The notes beneath the pieces were generated by a model. That model saw only the letters and a list, made by a program, of their open reading frames with translations. It ran no database searches and had not been told where the DNA came from. From NCBI GenBank assembly GCA_965202585.1, contig OZ241834.1, forward strand, positions 12,462,001 through 12,526,000: DNA of 64,000 bases. Direction: 5' to 3'. This DNA comes from Thalia democratica. Its lineage: Eukaryota. Shown piece after piece: positions 55,101 to 64,000 of the stretch (the first letter of the stretch is position 1; each line of letters opens with the position of its first letter). The translations under genes and the position numbers were made by a program.

Positions 55101-58100
55101 GTTGTTTTACTGAAAGTTTATAACTTGTACTTTTGAAATAACTTTTTTTTAAACTATGTGTTTTATACAATACTGTTTACAAACTACTATTAGAGATACT
55201 AATAAAAAGTACTTCAAATAGGTAATTAAATTATTAATGAGTAAAACAAGTAGACAAAATAGTGATAAAAGATAATTAGACTGTATTTTAGAAAAATGTT
55301 TAATATATGCTAAAAACCCGTGGCTAAAAAAAGAAGCAAAGCTATTACTTCTAAAGGTAAAGGTAACAACCCTAACCAGGCTGGGTCTGTTACAAATGGT
55401 GACCCGGATTTTAAAAGGGCCATGGGATCTCCTGATACTACGGATGTAGGAAGACCAAACTCTTTAAATTTAAGAAATGGCAGTAGTGTCATGATGGCGG
55501 AAACTTAACTTTTACATCAAGAAATCCAACAACAACTTTAGAGGATGAAGTAAAAGAGTTAAGGTTGGTGAATGAAGAACTGGAAAGAAAAAAGGCAGCT
55601 AGAGCATTAGAAGATGAATTACAACAGCTGCGGCGCAGAAACCAAGAGCTAACCAAGCAAATGTTTCAAGTTGATCAGAGTGAAGAAATAGGTGAAAGAA
55701 TAAGAACAAGTCATGAACAGTACAGTGTTGGAATTGGAAAAATTCTTTCCACAAGTGTAAGAGAACCCTTGCATTACAGTAAATCACCAAATTATTCAGC
55801 TAGAGATACTAGCATAAGTAATTTTGCTAGAGATAGTAGACAAAATCTACCTACAACTATAAGAGAACCGTTACACTTCAGGGAAAGACCAAACTACAAA
55901 GAGGTATATGAGAGTGTGTGAAGCATGAACCATGACTTAACTAGACTAGGAGATCACAGACTCAAGTGGCTGAAGGTCTTTAAATTTGACAGTGAAGATG
56001 CGAAGGCTCTGTTCTCGTACTTCGAGGAGAGAATGGTCAATCATGGCATTACTGATAACGCAGAGAAATACTGGGTGCTTCGCGAATTTTGGCCTAATAA
56101 TGACACGTCAGCCTATTTATGATGCACAGAACCTAATAATAGGAACTTTAGTAGTTTACGTAGATATCTCATGGAAAAAGATGGAGTACTAACAAGGGTC
56201 TTACTGCCAAAAAAAACTACATCACTCTATCAGTGGATGTGACCTAACCAACGAAGTCAGCAAGTGGTTGATGGAATTAGAAGATAATGAAATTTTACAC
56301 AAGCACACTTTCACTTGGGTTTGTTGATTTTGAAAGATATGTAATGGACATGTTTGATGCTGATTTAAAAAAAATTGGGAAGCAGCAAGGTTAGTTATTT
56401 ATTCTAACAAACCTCAACAAAAACAGCAATTTACGTTTCAAAAGAGAAATGAACCACAAACTAGACAGGTCAACTATGGGTACGGACGTCCAAAAAACTC
56501 GTTTGACAGCGCTCACTATCAAAACTACAGTAACAGACATAGAAATTAGGTGAATGATGAGCCTTGTTATAGACACCGAACTCAGGGCTACAATGCTACT
56601 CGATGCGATAGCCCTAACCTATGCCCAATGAGGGAAATGTATTGCGCCATTAACATAAAAAACAGCTACCCGTCCTCCTCACAGTGAGAGGATCAGAGGA
56701 TGGGGGTAAATGTCTTCTCTCAAAGACTGCTATGACTAGCAGAACCAACAAACTAAATTCAGTTGGTAGGTATTTCAAGAAAAAAAAACAAAATCAGCAG
56801 TTCTTTTACTAAAAAGAAGTAAACTGCCAGACTAAAAAGTTTTTTATGGACAAGGTTATTCTAAAAACTCATTTGACAGATTTTTTAACAAACAAAATCA
56901 GCGGTTTTCATATCAAGTAAGAAATAAAATGCCAGTTCAACAGGTCAATTACGAGCAAAGACATAATAGAAACTTCTTTGGCAAAAAATTTAAGTATCAA
57001 AACCAACTATTCTCATACCAAAGAAATGGTGAACTGCCAGTTCAACAGGTCAATTATGGGCAAGGACAGCCTAAGTCTAAACAAAACTATCATAAAGTCG
57101 AAAAGTTCTCAAGAAAATACAACCAACAAAGAAGTGATGTTTTGCAACAGCAGCAAAAAAGCAAGTCAAATTTTACTAAGACCTACCATTGTTAAAATCA
57201 GTTGTCAAATCAGCAAAAACAAAGTTTAACGAAAGCAACAGCACCAATAAGCATAACAAAAAAGAAGAGTACAACTCACAATATGCCTACTACTGATGAA
57301 AAAGTTATCAGACCCCGCAAGATATCACCCACTAATTTGAATTTTGGTTCAAAAAAGCTTTACTTCATTAAAAACACCTCCCAAACTTCATGTATTAATT
57401 TAAATTCCCCACATAGTAGATTGCCACCCCCTGGTTTTAATTCTAAAACTGTGAATCTTTCTCCTCAAGCTGTGCATTTTCAAAGCAACTTAATCAAATC
57501 AGCAAAATGAGCAGTTCTGGCCTGACATGAAGTTTCCAAACATATAAAAAATTGCTAACAAAAGAAGTAACCAAGTTAGCCAAATGACATCCAATATCTT
57601 CAACTCCATGTTTCAGTTGGTAAGCCTTCTGTCAACAGTCAATCTACAGTTATAAACACAATATCTTGGATTTTTTTGCTCAAAATATATTTCATGTAGC
57701 TGGAAATAATAAAATAAAATTTAGGAAATACTCATTAGTATTTGTTTGGTGAATGAGAAAATGTTTAGCGTAGGACTCGTTGCAAGGAAAGTTTTATCAT
57801 TTGTGTGTACAAAGTGCTCAAGCAAGTACACCCCGACACTGGAATATCCAGCAAGGCCATGACCATTTTTGTCTCTTTCATTACCGCTGAAGCTTCAAGT
57901 TTGGCTCAGTGCAACAATTAATTCATGATCATGTCTGGTTGTAGTAAAAAAGGAAAAGGTTTGAGAAAAGGAGGCGCCAAACGCCATGTAATGTTTTTCG
58001 TGATAACATCTAGGGTATCACCAAGCCCGCCATTTGCCGATTGGCTCGTCGAGGCGGTGTCAAGCGTATTTCAGACTTGATTTACGAAGAAACTCGTAGT

Positions 58101-60943
58101 AGTGTGCTGAAAGTATTTTTTGAAAACGTTGTTCGTGATGCAGTCACTTATACTGAGCATGCCAAGTGTAAGATAGTCACCGCTTTGGATGTTGTATGCG
58201 CATTGAAGCGTGGAGGACGTACATTGTACGGATTCGGAGACCGAGATTGTCCTGGGAGAGATAGCCAGTGGAAGTGGATAGCAGCTAATGCTTAAAAAAG
58301 AAAAGGAACACTTCAAAGGAATGATTATTTATGTTTGTTGTGATAACGTTTTGTACTTGTTTATGTAAAAATTGTTCAGTATAAAATATTTAATTTTTAA
58401 ACTTTAAGTTTATCTTTTGGTAAAAAAATTAAAAAAAACCCTCTAATGGTCTTCAGTTAGAGGATTTGAGGAGGGAAAATGTAACAAATTGTCTTTTGAT
58501 ATTTTTGATTTTAATTTTTACCACACTAACTTATAATTTTGCGCTAAAGAGTATTTATATTTGATTATTGATTTGTGTTATCAGTTGTTTAAAAATTTAG
58601 TTAGTGTATGTGTGTATTGCTTTTTTTTAATAAAACACTTTATCACAGTTATTGTTAGAATTTGATATATATTTTTGGCAGTAAATAGCTATTAATATTT
58701 TGTAATAAAAGTTGTAAATGAGTGATTCAGATAGTACATTCAGAGCTAAACGCTCAAAATGTGTGGCTAAAAATAGAAGCAAAGCTATTACTTCTAAGGT
58801 AAATGTAACAACCCTAACCAGGCTGGGTATGTTACAAATACACGTTAACGTTTTTTTTTAATCAATGTATTTAAATGACCCGAAAACAAAACTAAACCAT
58901 AAAAAATGCAAGTAGTCACAATACTTGATTATTTAGTAAAAATAAAACTTTTTTTTTTCAACATTGTTAGTTAAAAAGAATTAATTACCTGTAAATAACA
59001 ATAGAGTAGAGTTAGTTTTGCTACTACTTTTTTGTTTCCGTTTTTTGGCAGTAGCTGTTTTTATAAAGTAAAACTGAATTTATTAATAGATATGTTTTGG
59101 AATACTTTGTATATGTATATTGTATACACATACACTGTACAGTGTACTTAGCTTAATTTAGCAAAAATAATTTCTACTTCTTATCATAAAATGTTCGTTT
59201 ATATTTTTAAGATGAACTTAACAAACTTGTTTGAAGAATCTGATTTGTTTTCAATGTTGTTTTTCTTTTATCTACAAAAAATTTACAAAAACTTGTATGT
59301 ATTTAAATTGCATATACACAAATAGGGTAGGTGTTAAATTTGCACGTGTGCACAAAATTACACAAAAATAAAATTGCACGAAAAAATTTTTACACGAAGA
59401 TACTTTTGCACGGAGGGTCAATTTTGCACAAAAACATTTTTGCATTGACATCGGGTTAAAATTTTGTTTAATTTTTTTTTAATCATAAAAATTTTTTTTT
59501 TACTTTCACTGTTACCACTAACCCTTGACCTCGGTCGGTAACTTATTTTTTCTTTATATTTTTTATTAGTTATTTTATTTATTGGTTATTTTATTTTATT
59601 GTCTTTATATTTTTAAATATTAGTTATCATTTGTTTTTTTGTTTTATTTTTACTATCACTATTACCCCTAACCCTTACCCTCAGTCGGTAGTTTTTTTTA
59701 AAAAATTTTTTTGTTTTTGTTTTTCTAGTCTTTTTTTAACAGTAAGTTTTATTAGTTTTATTTTTATTATCACTGTTACTGCTATCCCTTACCCTCGGTC
59801 AGTAACTTTTTTCTTCTCCTCGTTTTTTTTTATTAACTAATATTTTAGTTTTTATCATTTTTTTAGAACTTCTTTTTTCTCTTGTTTAATTACTCTTGTG
59901 CAAAAATGACCATCCGTGCAAAACTGTCACTCGTGCAAATTGTCTTTGTGCAATTTTGTCTCCTCGTGCAAATTTGTCTTTGTGCAATTTAGTCCCCTCG
60001 TGCAATTTTGACCCGTTCCCACACTAATACTATGTGTAGCTTCATTTAGCAAAAATTAAATACTTCTTTTTTATCGTAAAATTTTAGTTTTTGTTCTTAA
60101 GATGATTTAAACAAACTTGTTTGCAGAATTTGATTTGATTTCGTTGTCGTTTCTCTTTTTTCTAAAAATAAAAATTGACAAGAACTTTTATAGGTTTACA
60201 CATTCTTTATAAATAGCTTCATTTAGCGAAAATTTTATAGTAATACTTTTTATATTGAAATATTTGTTTATATTTTGAGATGAAACAAACTTGTTTGAAG
60301 AATCTGATTTGATTTCGTTGTTGCTTCTTTTTTTTCTAAAAAGTTGTTTTACTACAAGGAATTTAAAAGTCTTTATATATGACAAAAAAAAACTGTTTAA
60401 TAATTTACGATACTTTCAATTCAAATGATAAGTTGTTTTCAAAATGCTATAAAAAATTTAAGTTAATGGTTTTGTAACATATTAAAACTAGTAGTTTAAT
60501 ACTTACATATATGCATAATTATTAAAATATTTTTTAAAAACTATTTTTTTTACATAGTGTTTATAAAATGTATGATTTACTCAATAAAATACCGTGAAGT
60601 TGTTACATGAAACAAACCATTTTTATAAAAAATATAAATAAAAACAACTTATTTACCGATGCAGTCGTTTTGAAAAGTATTTCGATGTATAAGGCAACCA
60701 TTTAATTCATTCTGTGAACAAATTCTTAATTTTTTTTATTATCTAGATATTACTATAAGTAAATAAAGTATAGATTATTTGGAATACTAAATACTACAAA
60801 AGTTTAAAAACTAAAGCAGATTGTAATCAGAGTATCTACTTTGTAAAATTTTGTTTTCTTAAAACTTATACTGAGTTGTTAAAGAAAACGTTCAATACCA
60901 CATTAGCAAAAAATAAACGCTTTAGAATATTCTTAAAATTCAT
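52182..60943 (-). CDS. Putative micro-exon gene for a small type I membrane protein (3' end not found)
   Basis: AG/GT-bounded, phase-compatible exons: 60872-60943, 60657-60711, 60291-60335, 60117-60161, 59227-59271, 59000(or 58989)-59054, 58880-58923, 54990-55020, 52182-52256. Product: [155 protein letters not shown]. One junction needs a weak donor. Confidence 0.5.
53653..53772 (+). repeat. Dispersed SINE-like core, copy 4
   Basis: gtcttggacaagacgttaaa...aaccgaaaggttttttcgtgcaccaggtcc...tgtcgtttaac. Confidence 0.75.
55490..56690 (+). pseudogene. Decayed gag (coiled coil, DUF7041-like segment, C-x2-H...C knuckle)
   Basis: [34 protein letters not shown] resembles the invertebrate Gypsy gag motif PFxxxDPxLWFxxxExxFxxxGITxxxxKY; later [20 protein letters not shown] resembles CYYHxxFGxxAxxCxxPC. 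Several stops and frameshifts. Confidence 0.7.
57769..57930 (+). pseudogene. H2B: Histone H2B fragment
   Basis: [53 protein letters not shown] aligns to H2[27 protein letters not shown]...EASRLAHYNKRSTI, with an in-frame ~7-residue deletion; alpha3 and alphaC absent. Confidence 0.92.
57931..58241 (+). pseudogene. H4: Histone H4 pseudogene, full length
   Basis: [19 protein letters not shown] [1-nt deletion] [53 protein letters not shown]27 stop; R3C, R35C, R78C; no histone stem-loop downstream. Confidence 0.96.
58480..58836 (+). repeat. 3' LTR (357 bp)
   Basis: TG...CA termini with TGTAAC/GTTACA inverted ends, preceded by a purine tract; terminal 74 nt duplicated at 55320-55394. Confidence 0.85.
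59325..60020. mobile_element. Mutator-like MITE with TTGCACGA subterminal repeats and 9-bp TSD
   Basis: gggtaggtgttaaattgcacg / cgtgcaattttgacccgttccc; flanks acacaaata (59316-59324) and acactaata (60021-60029); three internal taacccttaccctcggtcggta-like repeats. Confidence 0.85.
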
Positions 60944-61267
60944 TTGTAAATATATTTTTGGTCATTTTGCTTTACTAAATAGTTGATACCAGTTTTGATG
61001 ATGTTATTTTTGATAATATTGAAAAAAAATACTTGCTACTTTTATAATTAAGATAACTAAAAAATAAAAATAAACGTTTCTAAAGTTTAATATTTCATTC
61101 GTTCTAAACCTAAATATTTTTAACTTTGAATTTGCAAGTTTTTAAAAGTTAAATTTCTCACATAGTATTTTTTCTTCTTATTTTTTAATATTATAACAGC
61201 AAAAAAAAGACATTCAGTTTAAATGATGGTAAATTGAAAATCTGTCAGTCAAAAATGTATAAAATAA

Positions 61268-61679
61268 AAAATATTTTGTTATATTTAAATTTGAATTTAA
61301 GTGCTTTATAGGCAAAGTAGAGCAATATGTATATAATATAAAACAAAGTAAGAAATACATTCGAGTAAGCAAAATAATAAAAGCAGCTAAAAGATTAAAA
61401 ACAAAGAAAATAAATTTAAAACTATAAGATTGAAGTAGTAAATTAAAATAATTATTAAAAAATAACGAATAAAACAAATACTGTATACAACTTAAGTAGA
61501 ATACTTTTGACATAGTAATAAACTTTATTAGTATCTTTCTAACATACACAAAATAAATTTTAAAATGAAAAGGTAATATTTTTAATATGCTTAAACTGTA
61601 GTAGTAATTTTACCGTACTGTACAACTTTAAAAAAAATAAATAGTCAAAAAACTGTAAGGTTTTACTGAAAAAAAGTAG
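61268..61679. repeat. Left arm of a long inverted duplication
   Basis: Reverse complement of 63508-64000 (for example tttaagtgctttataggcaaagtagagcaat and ttttgacatagtaataaac). Confidence 0.85.
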
Positions 61680-63338
61680 CAAAAGTGTAAGCTAACCCCG
61701 GTTAAACTAAAATCACAGTCACACTTCGTAAGATCCGTTTTTCTATCAAACCATTTAAGAAGTTTTCTGCAGTCTTCTTTATCCTTTTCTTTAATTGAAC
61801 AAAATTTACTCGAAGTCTGCAATTTATTTAATAGCGCTAAATAGTTTAAATTTTATCTTTAAGATTATAAATTAATAAAATCTCAAATAATAATAATTTG
61901 TATAAAAAATAAACTATAATAACTTAAATTTTTAGAACAATATTTCAATGCATTGTAAAAAATCAATTTTAATATCATTAGTAATTGTTTTTTAGGTACG
62001 CTTAATAGAAAAAAATTTGAGTTAAGTTATAAGTTGTTTTTAAAACATCGGATTTTAAATAACTTTCTGAGTTCTCTCAAATGTCTTTTGAGTTGTTATA
62101 AAAAAAAGTTATTTATTTAAGAAGTCTTGAGAAACGCTTTTAAAAATAGAAATTTCTAAAGTCTTGTTTAATCGTAAACAGAAACTATTATTTTTATCAT
62201 TCTACTTTAACCATGACATATTAAATTTGTTTCTTTTTAGTTGTTTGAAGCACTTTTTCTTAACTAAAAACCAAGGCTAATAAAAGTTATTTAGTTTGTT
62301 TGTAGCTAAACTTGGTTACACTTTGTACACAAAAAAACTAAAAAAAAAAAAGACAATATTTAATAACTTTATTATATATGGTCTCCCTAAATCTAATATT
62401 TTTGTTAGAAAGTAGTAAAAGCGATACTCAAAATTATTTTATGCTCAATAAAGTAAATTTCTCATAATGTTATATAAAAAAGATTATTGGTATAACACTA
62501 ATCAAAAATATTTTTTGAATCCTATAACAAAATAGATCTTTATATTTTAATCTATAAAAATGATTGAAATGAAAAAAAAAACGGCTGTTTAACACAAACG
62601 GTCAATGAAGTAATTATTGCTATAGAGTTTGTAAGTAAAAGAACTTGATTGTTCTTTAAAAATGTTTAATTTTTGTTTATATTTAAATGCATTTTTTAAT
62701 AAAAAAGCAACAAACATATTTTTCAAAACTTGTTCTATAGAGGTAACATAAACTTTAAACTTTTGTTTTCTGTTTTAAAAATTAGACAAACTTTTTTTAA
62801 TGAATACTATACGGTAGTTGTTCTAATCGACAGACGCAAAAGTATATTAAAAGAAATGAGCTCAAATGTATGACCAAGAAGTCTAGTGTATAAAAACAAC
62901 TTGATCTTTAGCCAAACATGTTTTTTTTTTCTAAAACTATTACGCAAAATTTCACTAGAACTGTTTTGTAATAGTAAAAATTTATTAAATTTCAAAAGAA
63001 GAAAGACATATACATAAAACTAATAAAACAAAATACAACACTCACTAAGTAACAACTTTACATGGTTATTTATATAATTAAATGGTAGAATCTGCATCAA
63101 AATATAAGCTTTAGCAAATTTATACAAAATTAATTTATTGCAAGCGCTTTTTATAAACTTCTTACAAGTTAATACGCCTGAGTTTATAATTGTAAGCAAA
63201 TTTTTTTTCTACCATTTATATAATATTTTTGTATTATAATATTTTGAGTTACGTGTAATACATTCTTTAGTACTCTACACTTTGTTTTGTAAAATTTCTT
63301 TGTTTTTTATTAACAATATTTTTTACACAGTCTAAAAT

Positions 63339-63505
63339 GGGAACGGGTCAAATATGAACGAAGACACTATTGCACAAAGGGGCATTTTTGCAAGAAGACA
63401 CTTTTGCATGAAGGGTTACTTTGCACAAGGGGTCACTTTTGCACGAAGACACTTTTGCATAAAGGGTCAATTTTGAACGAAGAGTCATTTTTTCACGAGA
63501 GTTAA
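63339..63505 (+). mobile_element. Left end of a second TTGCACGA-family element
   Basis: gggaacgggtcaaa terminus followed by ~19-bp ttttgcacgaagggtcac repeats; no right end in the window. Confidence 0.75.
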
Positions 63506-63507
63506 AC

Positions 63508-64000
63508 CTACTTTTTTTCATTAAAACCTTACAGTTTTTTGTCTGTTTATTTTTAAAAAAGTTTTACAGTACGGTAAAATTACCACTACAGTTTAAGCAT
63601 CTTATTACCTTTTCATTTTCAAGTTTATTTTGTATAGGTTAGAAATATACTAATAAAGTTTATTACTATGTCAAAAGTATTCGACTAAGATTGTATATAG
63701 TATTTGTTTTATTCGTTATTTTTTAATAGTTATTTTAATTTACTACTTCAATCTTATAGTCTTAAATTTTTAGCTGCTTTTATTTATTTTGGATACTCGA
63801 ATGTATTGCTTACTTTGTTTAACCGAAAGGTTTTTTCGTACACCAGGTCCTTGGACCAAATATTTGAGCGCTTTTTTTTCGTTCAATAAACAATAGTAGT
63901 GTTCAAATAAAAAATTTTTTCAATTTTTATATTATATACATATTGCTCTACTTTGCCTATAAAGCACTTAAATTCAAATTTAAATATAACAAAATATTTT
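63508..64000. repeat. Right arm of the inverted duplication (runs to window edge)
   Basis: Matches 61268-61679 except for the SINE-like insertion at 63821-63926. Confidence 0.85.
63821..63926 (+). repeat. 5'-truncated SINE-like core, copy 5, inserted in an inverted-repeat arm
   Basis: aaccgaaaggttttttcgtacaccaggtcc...gttcaataaac. Absent from the partner arm at 61268-61679, which shows the empty site. Confidence 0.75.

Larger units (their letters stand above)
55320..58836 (+). mobile_element. Non-autonomous Ty3/Gypsy-type LTR retroelement (gag only, no pol) carrying histone sequences
   Basis: 55320-55394 matches the last 74 nt of the 3' LTR (4 differences) and ends TGTTACA; PBS-like tggtgacccgg 55397-55407; decayed gag; PPT gaggagggaaaa immediately before 3' LTR 58480-58836 (TGTAAC...GTTACA). 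Confidence 0.85.

Noticed and set aside
57769-58295. A functional histone gene cluster
   Set aside because: Stops, a frameshift, no stem-loop, no H2A/H3/H1, and enclosure by LTR signals.
59631-59840. Hydrophobic 69-aa ORF
   Set aside because: T-rich low-complexity interior of the Mutator-like MITE.
59325-63505. Regularly spaced TTGCACGA repeats as a CRISPR-like array
   Set aside because: Eukaryotic context, no unique spacers, and the repeats are subterminal units of TIR elements.

Overview
Very AT-rich eukaryotic DNA with short GT-AG introns, most likely from an invertebrate animal (inference; no taxon can be proven here). Host genes: a tail-to-tail pair of ATG8-family genes with single coding exons (a divergent ATG8-like at 2531-2896 + and a GABARAPL2/GATE-16-like at 5924-6283 -); a 26-coding-exon CSDE1/UNR gene (25029-35773 -, about 1137 aa, one GC-AG intron); and a putative micro-exon gene with no homologue I recognise, for a small single-pass membrane protein (52182-60943 -). 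The rest is dense with mobile DNA: a decayed CR1-type LINE, TTAA-flanked palindromic MITEs, Mutator/Foldback-like elements, hAT-like MITEs (including a 1.7 kb composite unit with an 8-bp TSD) and a dispersed SINE-like core. The most unusual object is a pol-less Ty3/Gypsy-type LTR element (55320-58836 +). It has an LTR end, PBS, gag, PPT and 3' LTR, and where pol should be it carries a histone H2B fragment joined in frame to a full-length histone H4 pseudogene. It lies antisense in an intron of the putative micro-exon gene. An intronless PARP-fold-like pseudogene may be present at 50042-50886. All coordinates, splice models and counts were derived by hand.
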